64,000 nucleotides of DNA from Oopsacas minuta (lineage: Eukaryota > Animalia > Porifera): the NCBI GenBank assembly GCA_024704765.1, contig JAKMXF010000354.1:1032099-1096098 (forward strand). Reading direction: 5' to 3'. Position 1 is the stretch's first letter. Every line of letters begins with the position of its first letter. The notes under the pieces were generated by a model. The model ran no database searches. It was not told the DNA's origin and saw nothing but the letters and a program-made list of their open reading frames with translations. Both the position numbers and the translations under genes were made by a program. Positions 1 through 11,595 of this stretch are shown piece after piece.

Positions 1-3000
1 AGGAGGATAATCTGTACTAAAGGCTCTGTCCATAATCTTGCATAAGGTTGGAATACCTGCGGTCTGTTGATGACTATCTTTGCAATGAATAGCCTGATGT
101 TGGTATGTGTAGATCCTTCTGTTAGCTTAGTGTGTAGTATCAGCATCCATTGAGGAAGGTCTGAGGGAGAGCTTGGGTTGGAAGGAGGATCTGGATTGAT
201 CTTGTTGTGTTCCATATAATCCAGTACACGTAGAATAGCATGCATACAGGGGTTCCTATTAATATAATCTAACTCTAGTTTCTCTTCTGATACAACGTAC
301 ATGCCTTGAGGCTTTGGTTTGTGTTGATAGCGCAATCGTTTCTTGAATGAGAAGAACGAGGAAGACATAGAGAAGTCGTATTGAGATAGATCGCTCACTA
401 GACTACTGCTTGTCTGACTCAAATATAGAGAGGATAGGTATTTGTCCACGGGAGGAGGGGACATAGGGGGCGTATTGTCCGCCGAGCCTGACTTGAAGTT
501 GGATCTTATTGTTGTTAGTTTGTGACTCTGTTCCATGGGGTTATCCAGCATGACAGGAAACACTAAGTTTACATCTGTATTAATAATATTATCCCATAAC
601 ATTGATCCCTTAATGATGTCTTCTTTGAATAGGAATGTGCTATAGAAAGCCATCTTGGTCTGTGTACAAGTGATGATAGAGCAGATCAATTTGTAAGCGG
701 ATTGGTGGTACTCCAGTCTAATAACATTGAATGATTCACCCCTGTGGTCTTCTGATTTAGCCGCGTGAGCGGATTTGGTCGCAGCTTGAGTAAGCTCCTT
801 CCCGTTCTTAGGTGTCCCATTACAGTATAAAGTATTCAACTTACTGTCCATTGAGCTCAAATCATTGCAAGGCAATCGTATGTACAGCTTCTCTATAAAC
901 TCGAAAGCACATAGTTTGGATATCAACTGAGACTGGAAATGAGGATCGGATTGCCTGCATGGTTTACCTTCAACTATCTTCATCAAGCTTACAATATGTG
1001 ATTCATAGAATTCTCTGAAGCAGGCATCACTCGCATAAGTCAACATAGGAATGGTAAATCCAAGAGCAGCTGATTTCCTAGTTGTGTCGTTATACGATCC
1101 TTCATCTGAGTAGATTTGGAAGTAAAGGTCCAAGGCATTCTTTGCAATCAGAGGGGAAGCTTTCTCAATGAAATCTTGATAAGCCCCGAGTATCGTGACA
1201 CCGTATATATGTTTTTCCTGTCTACACACAACAGGAAGTAACACCTCTAGCATAAGGGTGCTATCAGGGTTGGATCCCATGGCAGCTAGCATTCTGTCTA
1301 TTGCAGTGATATACTCCTCACGAGCTGTGCTTCCTACAGCTAACTCTGTAGAGTAGAGAGGGAAATTGCTCTGTATATAATCGCTGAGTGCTGACTTTAG
1401 CTTACCTCTGAACTCTTGTTTTCCCATACAAGCGGCGAGGAAGAAAGGTACGAGTGAGAGACACTGAGAGCGGAATGTAGGTAGGGTGTCAGCGTCCCCG
1501 ATTAATTGGGCGAATGAATCGAGGAGACAGTGAGATTTTGGGTATTCATTGAAGACATTTGTACTGAGAAGTCGTGTGAATTTGTTGAAAATGGTTAAGA
1601 AACAAGTCTTAGAATCCTGACTAGCTTTGGGGGAATACCAATCCTTGAGGCTAGGCCATAACTCAAGGAAGGAAGGTACCAGATCATTATTAACCTTGCA
1701 ATCTACTCGTTTGTCCAGTTTCTCACGGATAGAGTAGTCTAAGAGACTGTTTAGACACAGTACCACTAGGTTATTAGCTGAGGTATTTGCGTTTAGAATG
1801 GTTGAGAGATGTGTATAGCAATCTGAGAGGATAATCTGGTTAATGTGCTTTGAGAAGAGAGAGTATACAACTTCACCATTTGTACTGTTCGTATTTAGGC
1901 TGAGTATTTTCTCCAAGAACTCTTCTTTATTTGCTCCTAGCTTAGAGGCAAAGTTTACTAACAATCCTGCTAGGGTAACCTGTTGCGGTGATAGAGATAC
2001 GAATACAGAGTTATCAGTTAGAGTTACAAGACTTATGACTAAGTTAATTATCCTATTCGGTAATTCAGACGGAGTCTTCTCGTATTGACTATACAGCCCT
2101 GTGTTATATAGCTGAATATACCCATTTATCAGTGTTATCAAACTGGAAACGTTGTCTTCCTCGATAGACAAGTTCTGGGATATATCGTACTCCTGACTAG
2201 ACAGAACTTTCTCTGTTGTCTCTGCTAAAACAACCTTAGCCTCTACTGAGAGACAATCCATCATAGCTTGACAAGTTTCCATAGTGTATTGAGACAGCTT
2301 ATTTGCTAGAGTTAGGTTGCCAGTGTTGAAGCCAAGCTTAGACGGACATAAAATTGAAACTAACACTACAGTCATCAGCCGTTCTGACCAGAATGCCAGG
2401 GGTATAGCGTGCAGATGATTAGAGAAATTTTTAAGCAGCGCAGATAATAGTTGTATCAACTTAACCACCACCAAACTCCGTAAATTATTGAAGAGATCTG
2501 TCTCTCTCGGAGTGAAAGAAGTTGTAGAAGTAGACTCAAAGCATGTTGTACAAGCTACGATATCACTGAAGGCTAATGAGGAACAGAAGAACCCGATAGA
2601 TTCAAAAAGCATTGAATTAGGCTCTGTCTTAGCTGTGAATAATTGTGTCGGTGTGAACAACTTTTTCTTAAATATCCAACAATAACAATCCAAAGCTGCT
2701 ATCAAACTTTCAAGCCAAATTTCTACTGCCCTGAGAGAGAACTGAGTTCCTTTCAAGACAGAATTTTTTAGAATGCCTCTACTATCAGAGCCCCCACGCT
2801 CGAATCTAGTAGTGAAGTATCCGATACCCTTCTCATTCTCTATTATTTCCTTCTCCACCCATTCCACAGGGGTCTTACTATCACTAACCAGGGGACTAAA
2901 CTCACAGAACAGGTGCATGCAGGACTCTCTGAATGCCGTCTCTGTCGATCCTACATTGCTCAGGGCAAATGAGACTATTCCGTGTAGAGTAGCTACTTTC

Positions 3001-6000
3001 AATCCTTTAGGAGTCTTCCTGTCTTTTGAAACTTGGTTGAATTGTGTCCGTTTGGCGTGTATAATCCTCTCAAGGTGTGAAATAACTTTTTGTATTTCAG
3101 TTTGTATTCCCAGAAACTCAGAATCTCTGTGAGATTGTCTGAGACTAGACAGGTATGTGATGAGTGTTTCTATAGTGAATATATTCACCAGCACAGCCTC
3201 CTCCCTGAACACGGTGTATAGTTTATTGAATGCCAGAGCAGCCCCTAGTCTACGGAAGGCGTTAGGATGTAGAGCCATGCTGTAGAGACGTTTGAGGAGA
3301 GACTTGGCATTTCCTGAGCTCTGTTCTTGCTGCTTTTTGGATGTCTGTTTGATTGACCACGCTAAGAACTCCTTAACACAAACTGCGGAGAAATCTCTCA
3401 ATGCTGTATTCGAGGTATCTTCTAATCCGCTAAGAATTGCATTCAATAACTCAATGGTATCTGGACTCTCAAATGTCTTGTTACCCGTGAACCAATGTAT
3501 AGTTTGGAGGGTCAGGGGACGGAACAGCTGTACGCTCACCTCCTCTACATCACACCCTAGTTTCAACATAGCAGGAAAGATATGTGAATAGAGCCTACGC
3601 TGTGGAGATCTCTTCTTAACTGTGTCAGGTTGAGTAGCAGAATATCCTATCATGTATATTGTTATAGCATGTAACAGCTCGCATGCACATACCTTGCTCT
3701 GTCTGTCACTGGAGTGTAGAGCTAGATCTATGACACGAGGGAGAAATGGATCCAAATATATAACAGGTTTGATGTCCTGGAAGGGGATCATGTATTTCAG
3801 ATGTAAAGAAGTGTCCCATGAAATGAGGTGAGGATTTGGACCTCTACTAATGAGGAATGAGTTCGTTTGTCCCCCAAGAGACCCGAGGAACAGCACAATA
3901 CGATGTCTTATCTTAGACAGCTGAGAGGACAGGTCACGTACTTCACTCTTGGTATCAGCTGTTCGGAGCTGCTTAGCAGACATTTTACTGAACCTCTTAC
4001 TGCCACTTAACGCGGTTATAAGTGCTCTCTCATTTGAAAGAGATTCAGCACCGGCATCAGCTGACGTGGTGAGATAGTCATTGAGTGCGGGGAGGATATC
4101 TGGTATGTGTTTGAGTATCACGTCAGATTGTAGAGTTAATAACCATTCTTCTAGAGTGTCAAGAGCAGTCTCTGCTAGTGGCAAATGGCTTAAACCAACT
4201 TCAAATGCTTTCTTGATAGCAGGTATAACAGCTGGAAAGTCCCTCTCTACAATCTGTATAGGGAATGAAAGAATGAGATGAAGAGAGGCTGCTAGCATTT
4301 CTCCTTTGAGCTGCGAAAGAGTTAATAACTGTTCGGAGAGGAATTTTTTGAAAAGTATAAAAGCATCAAAATGTAATGTCTCTTGTTCAATCTCCATTCT
4401 GTCCTCGTTATCGAAGTATTTTAGTTTCCTACAGACAGACATACAAGTAGTGAGGAGCTTTAGAAACCCAGAGACATGAGGATATGTGTGTGACAGTATT
4501 ATTAACATCCTGCCGAACGGTAGCACCCAATGAGAGAACATTTCTAGTTGTGCTGAGGGTAAGAGCTCTCCTGTGAAGTCTACAAGGTTCAAAAAGAATT
4601 GATACTCATTCGGGTTCTTAGGTTGTAGAGTTGTGAGATCATCTAGACTATTTGTCAATTCAGAATCCTGTGTAGAGGTTGTAGACTCAGTAGAAAGATC
4701 CAATTTATCAAGGATCAATAGGATAGCATGGATAACTTCATCGTATATGACTCTATACATTCCTTCTGCGTTAGGAAAGTCTAGTAAGAGAACTGCTACT
4801 GTTGGTGTACGTTGAGGATCGATCAGGTTAAGCCAGAGGGGTAGAAAGTCCTGGTACGTGCTGTCTCTCGCAGGGAGGAGGAGGTCTCCCTCGTTCTCAG
4901 GTTCTGAGGTAGCCTCTAGCGGTAGGATCTGACTAGGGAGAGCATGGGTACAGGTGAACAGTAGTCCCTAGGGTGCAAAATATAAATTCAGTAAACAGTT
5001 GGTAAATTGAATCCTCACTTGGTAGATAATGTTCTGTAAAAGTTTCTTTAACATTGTCTGTGAAGAGATGAGGGATAGAAGGGCACGAGAGAGAGAAGTA
5101 AAGGCAGGCTTCTGGTGTTTGGGAATTATTCTAGGGAAAAATTCGAACAGCATTATGATCAGCTGTTCCAGACAGGTGCCAAATGATTGATTGACACATC
5201 CCAGTTCTTTGGCTATACTAGCGAATGCCTCAAGGAAGGAAGGGAGTTGGTATACCCTCTCGGAAGCACTGTCTTCATTCTGAATTATCAGTAACTTGTC
5301 CGAGCGTCTGACTATCTCATTGACTAGCGTTTCAACTTCTTTAGGTTTTAGGAAGTGACTGCATGCACTGGCGAAGTACCCATACCCCCTAACAGATATC
5401 CCCACCTTCTTAGTAGAACTAGAAAGATCATGTAGAATGTTACGAAATTGTTTTATGAAATACATTAGGAGAGATTTGCAGAGAGCTTGATCTGTGTCGG
5501 GCGCTTCTAAGAAGTGTTGTGATATTTGGTAGAGGAAACTCTCCAGAGCTGATAAGCCATCATGTCTATAGATAATACGAATGGCTATATGCCTTATGTG
5601 TCACATCCATAAAATGTATACTAACTTTATATTTAGAATCTCATCTTAATTAAATTAGCTATTACTGTCTCTTAATTCACATAATCACACAAATCTCATA
5701 ACACTCACTTAAGTTCCTTATTGTTGTGATCCAGTAGCTGTAGAAGGAAAAGGAATGTAGCTTGATAATCCGCGACTAGAAAAGGTCTAAATTGAGCTCC
5801 ATGTTGTGCTAGGAGTTTCAGACCCGCTCGTTGCACCTCGTATCTTGTCAGTGGTACCTGGGGGTCCGCCGCTTTCCTAGCGTATGAATAAATATCTTTA
5901 GCATACCTACTTCCTTCCTCTGCACTCTTCGAGAATGATCGGAGATAATGGGTTAATCCCCGGAGACACCCGGCTATTACTGGCATGTCAGGACCTTTCT

Positions 6001-8271
6001 TACTATCCATCTGACTCTTTAATACGCCTAGTACGATTCAAAATTGAAAATTATACACTCTACACCCGTGATCTCAACACACGGATATATGAAATTACCC
6101 ACTTTATCGAGGTGTGAAGTTGTACGAATATGGTACCAAAATTTGGTGAAATAAACAATTTCAATAATAGTTAACAAACCCAGGAACAGAGTGACTAATC
6201 TATCCTCTATAGTAGTAGCTAACAGATAGTAACATTCAGCTAACTTCCCCAAGAGTTCATAGAGACTTCCTCTAGCTCCAGAGGACAGTTTAGTACTCTC
6301 ATGAAGTGCTGTGTTAAGACAACGGTCCAGTAGGTGTTGGACCCTCTCTTGCGGACCTAGGGGTAGCTTCTTGTCCAAGAGGACAAGTAGTAGGTCCAAT
6401 GATATCATCCTTACCTATAGAGTTTGTAGCTCATACCAGTTCCTCAATAAATTCGAAAACAAACAACAAACAAACAAATAAATAAATAATTCTATGCACA
6501 AAAGTATTTCTAACTTCAATGCCCCTGAGGTAAGTCCGGTAATCCTGCTAATAAGTATCAGATTTCAGATTGACCAATTACCAAATGAATGTATCCAATA
6601 ACAAATTACTGAGCTCTAAAGCGCTGCTGTGGATAGGAGCTAGCGGGGGACTAGCAGCAGCAATGTCTACAGCTATTCATCAGCCTCTCATACAGCTTAA
6701 GACACACATGCAGAGACCTGGGTTCAGACTGGGAGCCTTCCTCCAGCTGAGTAGACGCTACCCTGCTAAGACCCTATATGGAGGATTATTCCAGAGGATG
6801 CTAATCATTATGCCAGAGAAAGCATTCAAGATGCAGGGGTAGGTTGCTAGGATACTATATCTATAGAATGGTATGTGTGTACTTATGGAAACCTAATGGT
6901 CATATCTAGGCTGATATTCTATTTTAGTTTTTGTATTATCCCTAATTATGTATGCTAAATTAGACCGATGAGACCCGTCAAATTCCCAGGTGACCTCTGG
7001 ATTAGCGGTCATTTTATTGGAATCCATATACGACAGTAGAGGGGCCACAGAATCTCAAAATTTGTATTACAGTATATGGGGGGGTCTATAGAATATGTCA
7101 AATTGGTTTAGGTTGGGAATGTCTTGTGTTATATTTATGAATAAATGACAGATATGAATCAACTCGTTCTTTATTCGAGAGGAGAACAGACCAGAGGCTA
7201 TCCTACAAAGTAATGAAATGGTTTGTGAGTGGAGGAATTGCTGGAGTTTGTACCGCAATGCTTAACAGTCCTTCTGAGCTAATATCAATACAAGCTACTG
7301 TGTGGAGGAACTCTCTACGAGATATCCTCCAGGAGAGAGGGTTTACGTTCTTATATACCGGCTGGACAGCTTGTCTATGCAGGGAAGTTGTATTCGGATG
7401 CATTTTCTTCCCGTCAAGACACCTAGCTCAGCTACAACTAGAATGCTGGAGAGGTGAGGAGGCTACGAACATGGACAAGTACCAGGCGGGACTATTCAGT
7501 GGGGTCTTAGCCTCATTTTCTACGACACCTTTTGATGTTATGAAGACTAGAATGCAATCAATTAACATCAGAGAGGGCAATAAATTGTCAGTACGGGGAG
7601 TGTTTGTATTTATTATCCAGAAGGAAGGGGTGAGATCCCTGTGGAGAGGTGTTGTACCGAGATTGATAGCAGTCCCTTCTCATCTGTCCTTCTTCTACCT
7701 CTGCTTTGAATTACTCGCCAGGAATTAAAGTTTGTAGTTATTTATTTATTTGTAAATATAGAGAAATTAAAATAGTTGAATTCAAGGATAATTTGTAAAA
7801 TTGGAATAGTAGTTACCCATAGGGCAAGGGGACAATACTTGGGGCTCTCCAGATCCCACTTTACCCAACAATAACTTGTAAACTACTAAAGTCCAATTAA
7901 CCATAGGCAATGCCTGAACATACTTTTCCTAGTCTAGCCCTTGAGAATACGGAAAGCGCCGTCTCTCTCAGGTCGGGGCTATAATTACTCGCTCTGTCTT
8001 CCAGTCTGCGTACAAATGCGATCAGAAATTTGAAAGCAAATTCCAAAGCCTCAGAGAATTCGTCAAGGTCTGCAACTTGTTTTACAAACACGAGAATACC
8101 AGTTTCAGGAGAGAAGAGAGATGAGAGGCAGAGATCAAGTTGTTCGTCAGGGAGGTCATAGCAGAGGGGGAACAAATCTTGTGCCAATTGTTTACCCTCC
8201 TCTCCTCTACGGGGGTGTGAAGATTTGAGGAGAAGGAGCAGAGAAGACAAGGTGTTGGTCAGGGCATCCAT
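1..8271 (-). CDS. PRKDC: DNA-dependent protein kinase catalytic subunit, 5' part; runs off the left edge. Exons approx. 8271-7924, 6414-6180, 6029-5709, ~5570-5009, 4966-<1
   Basis: Spliced translation gives DNA-PKcs motifs: PVIAGCLRGL, LSALESFLYQIS, WDTSLHLKYMIPFQDIKPVIYLDPFLPRVIDLALHSSDRQSKVCACELLH, VFQPYARLWTEPLVQ. GT-AG junctions keep frame. The long last exon was spot-translated, not read codon by codon. Confidence 0.93.
6585..7728 (+). CDS. Mitochondrial carrier (SLC25 family, closest in motif to glutamate-carrier-like members), 276 aa. Exons 6585-6838 and 7152-7728; nested antisense in PRKDC intron 1
   Basis: Joined exons total 831 nt in frame. Three carrier repeats with PFDVMKTRMQ, LYGGL/LYTGW/LWRGV and IMPEKAFKMQGYESTR. 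Confidence 0.85.
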
Positions 8272-8356
8272 CCACTCTAAAACATAGGAATCATAATATC
8301 ATATATCCATGGTTCGTAGATTCGTGAATGTTGGATTGGAATTTGGAGCAAAAGAA

Positions 8357-8428
8357 TGGAGGAGCGGGGTATCGAACCCCGGGCCTTTCGAATGCAAATC
8401 GAACGCTCTACCACTGAGCTACACCCCC
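8357..8428 (-). tRNA. tRNA-Ala (anticodon UGC)
   Basis: Reverse complement is GGGGGTGTAGCTCAGTGGTAGAGCGTTCGATTTGCATTCGAAAGGCCCGGGGTTCGATACCCCGCTCCTCCA. It folds into a cloverleaf with the G3:U70 Ala identity pair and A/B boxes, and a TTCTTTT tract follows. Confidence 0.95.
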
Positions 8429-8653
8429 GACAATAATATAATAGTTCTTTTGTTGTAAATTATCAGTAAATATGGAAAAAAATTGTAGAAAAACTAGCCA
8501 AAGACAAATGTCTATATATGGGCATGTTCTTAATAGTCAGTGGCACCTTGCCAACAGGCACGGCTGGGACAAGTCCTCCTTGGGCACAGGACCCACCCCT
8601 TTACCCCAACAGCTGATTATATATAGCATATACAATAATAAAAGATAAATGAC

Positions 8654-8728
<75 letters not shown>
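8654..8728. repeat. (AAT)n microsatellite, about 25 units
   Basis: Uninterrupted taa/aat run. Confidence 0.97.
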
Positions 8729-8729
<1 letters not shown>

Positions 8730-8764
8730 CTTAAAGAATAAATATGACTTTAGAATAAATTAAT

Positions 8765-11161
8765 TTACTCTATGAGAATATTTATACATCTTAACACCTC
8801 GTCTAACTTCCTTTCTTGTACCTCCATTCGGTCTGTAAGTTCCTTTCTCAGGTCCGTGACAGCTTTCTCCAAAGCTCTAACGTAATCAATTTCGTGCCTT
8901 TTGTTAGAAAACAACCGATTATACTCCGATAAATAACGATCTCTTATTTTCCCTTTCTTCAAAATCATTTCCTTGGAATTATTGAGAAGATATTTGAGGC
9001 GGTTTAAAGAGTAAATAGACTTAGTTTGTATTCTATTTAGGAATCTCAGACTCCTGTATGTCGTGTACCTCATGGCATGCTGATTAATCCTCTTATAATT
9101 GCTAGATATCCTACCGACGAATAGAGACCGCATGACTAGGACAGTTAGGAAGGCAAACGACATGAACACGATAACCATTAACCAGTTGTAAACCTCCAGA
9201 TAATTGAATTTAATAATAGCCCCCTGTTCTACTAAGAGACGTAAGCCATTGAGTAACAACCAATAATATTCCCCGTCAAAGGAAGTCCGAACACTATCAT
9301 ACTTCCCAGAGGTGTTAAACAAATTTGGGTCGGGTGGAGGTGCTAAATATGAGATATAGAACATTCCAGAAAATTGGAAAAGTGGAATGAAGAATACGAT
9401 TAGGAATAAAATGCTGTCTTTCAGAGCTTCGTAAAGTGTTTGGAGATATGTACCGATTACAGGAATAACAACAATATGACGTAACAACAACAAGAAGCTG
9501 AAGAAGTAAACAAACACTGCAAAGATCGTTTGTATGTTTAGCACACTTGTGAACAAACTTGTTACTCGTAAACAGGCATAAACAAAACCGCTGGTAAGTA
9601 ACAAATAATCAACAGTGTTTGAACCGTCCGTGATGTATTCACGAACAGCTGATACGAACGACACAATGAACGAGTTATGTGTTGGATTCAATGAAGTGAT
9701 TTTGTGGGTGTCTCTGTCTAAGGACAGATATTTATTCTTGAAAATAATGCCAAGCTCCACCACTTCAAATATTGAGTGAAACAACCACCTTAGCAACACA
9801 TATACCTCACAAATATGTCTGAATATTTCAAGTGGAGTAGAAGAATTGTTTGAATTCATAGTTTTAACACCTAACAAGAATGTCACTGAGAGTGCCACTA
9901 AATAGACGAAGAGTTCAAGGAACATTACTGACAGGTACAGGTAACCATAGCGGATCATATAGTAGTCCACGTATCCTCGGAGGACAAGGGAGTCGTAGAG
10001 GGGTAGAGTGGGGTCTAGCTCACAGAGTAAACTCAGGAGCGTCTGGTTGGTCTTAGAGTCTATCGGCACAGAGTCGATAGGTTCCAGGTGGAGTCGGATC
10101 GTGTCCTCACTGGGTCGGGAGATTAGGGTATCAAGGAAGGAGTGAATAGTCTGTGTGTACCCCTGAGAGACTAGTTCACATATTGGGAGGAGGACATGAG
10201 GATACTCCCTCCGGTACCGTAGGACACAGTCTAGGATACTGTTAGCTACCTCCTCGTCCTTCGCGTAGAAGAATACTCCTCTGTTTTGTTTGTCTGTCGT
10301 TATCAGAGAGGCCTGTCTCCTAACCAGGAGTTCTATCACCTCCTGGTCACCTCGCCTAGCCGCGTATAAGAAACTCTGCCTGCCTGTTAAGCTGGGGTGC
10401 TCCACATTAGCCCCCTTGTCCAAGAGGGTCTCCGCCCATAATCTGTTACCGGCCTTGCAGGCGTATATGAGAGGGGTGCAACCTTTCTTGTCCTCAAGGT
10501 CTACGCCTGTCTCGGAGGGGATCAACAGCTCCAGGAGGGGGAGAGAGGGAGAGGAACCAACTGCACACATGTGACAGGGAAGTGCTCCGTCTCTGAACTT
10601 GACTAGACGACTGTCTGGTACCTTGAGGTCTAGATGAACGGTCCCTGACTGGATGGGGAGCTGCAAGAGATCAGGGTGCTTGCCCAGGAAGAGGGAAAGG
10701 AGAGGGAGACACGCATAGTAAGCGGACAGATGCACACAAGGAATCCCAAATAGTTCAAAAGCTGGATTAGCCCCCGTCTCAAATAAGAGGACAGCTACTG
10801 GTACATGATTATACCGACATGAGAACCACAGAGCAGTGTCCCTCTCCGTCTCCCCCTGGTGGGAGGGGAGGAGAGACCGGATTGTAGACTCGTCGCCTGA
10901 TTTAGCGGCTAGTACCAGCAGATCCTGTTTATACGTACAGGTTATTGTACGATACTTCTGGCCAGATTCTCCCTTCCAACTGTAATCCTCTGACATACTT
11001 ATAGAAGTATATTCCCCTGGGGGTGCGGATAGATGACACCTTGCATGCTCCAGGTTATCGGACAGTAAAGCGCTGGTAAGTTCGGACACGGGTTCGGACT
11101 GTGTCACAGGTATTACAGATAGTAGTGGAATAGCTTCTCCCATTGGAGCTACTTTACTCAT
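8765..11161 (-). CDS. Ankyrin-repeat TRP-like (TRPA/TRPV-like) cation channel, single exon, ~798 aa from MSKVAP
   Basis: Ankyrin repeats (GCTPLIYACKAGN, QSFLYAARRGD), then about six hydrophobic helices with a pore-like segment and a C-terminal coiled coil. The ORF-track extension to 11284 reads through AAAC repeats. Confidence 0.75.
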   Translation of the reverse strand: MSKVAPMGEAIPLLSVIPVTQSEPVSELTSALLSDNLEHARCHLSAPPGEYTSISMSEDYSWKGESGQKYRTITCTYKQDLLVLAAKSGDESTIRSLLPSHQGETERDTALWFSCRYNHVPVAVLLFETGANPAFELFGIPCVHLSAYYACLPLLSLFLGKHPDLLQLPIQSGTVHLDLKVPDSRLVKFRDGALPCHMCAVGSSPSLPLLELLIPSETGVDLEDKKGCTPLIYACKAGNRLWAETLLDKGANVEHPSLTGRQSFLYAARRGDQEVIELLVRRQASLITTDKQNRGVFFYAKDEEVANSILDCVLRYRREYPHVLLPICELVSQGYTQTIHSFLDTLISRPSEDTIRLHLEPIDSVPIDSKTNQTLLSLLCELDPTLPLYDSLVLRGYVDYYMIRYGYLYLSVMFLELFVYLVALSVTFLLGVKTMNSNNSSTPLEIFRHICEVYVLLRWLFHSIFEVVELGIIFKNKYLSLDRDTHKITSLNPTHNSFIVSFVSAVREYITDGSNTVDYLLLTSGFVYACLRVTSLFTSVLNIQTIFAVFVYFFSFLLLLRHIVVIPVIGTYLQTLYEALKDSILFLIVFFIPLFQFSGMFYISYLAPPPDPNLFNTSGKYDSVRTSFDGEYYWLLLNGLRLLVEQGAIIKFNYLEVYNWLMVIVFMSFAFLTVLVMRSLFVGRISSNYKRINQHAMRYTTYRSLRFLNRIQTKSIYSLNRLKYLLNNSKEMILKKGKIRDRYLSEYNRLFSNKRHEIDYVRALEKAVTDLRKELTDRMEVQERKLDEVLRCINILIE

Positions 11162-11595
11162 TTCTAAAGATGAAAATAAATAAATTTCGAATTTGGGATG
11201 TGTTATGTCTGCAGTTTGTTTGTTTGTTTGTTTGCACAGATTTGAGATATGTATACTGTGCTCGAATTTACAAAATATATTCACGGCTATATGAAACCAA
11301 ATTTACTTTCATATGATAAAAAGCAAAATACCATTCACCAAAACCTATCTCCAAGCTCCACCTATATAACCACCCTCCCATTAGCATCATCTACAAATCC
11401 AAGAAACACAATAACACAAAAGGAATTCTAAGAATATGCAAGCGTATATGGTAACACGATCCCCTTGCGATAGAGTAGGTACTCGTCTGCCTTATATAAC
11501 CAAATATTCGACATGAAACTGCAAACATTTGAATTATTAATAACCTCTAATTGCGGTATTAACCTATACGCGGTTAGAACAGATATAAATACGCT

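Noticed and set aside
1843-4815. Plus-strand ORFs of 60-119 aa
   Set aside because: They are antisense shadows of the PRKDC coding exon and contain no recognisable motifs.
7112-7140. In-frame TGA at 7138 in the carrier gene, suggesting selenocysteine or readthrough
   Set aside because: The donor at 6839 is phase 2 and fits the acceptor ending at 7151, which skips the TGA and gives a carrier-like QGYESTR junction.
11162-11284. N-terminal extension of the TRP-like ORF
   Set aside because: It translates AAAC repeats and an acceptor-like tract; MSKVAP at 11161 is the more credible start.
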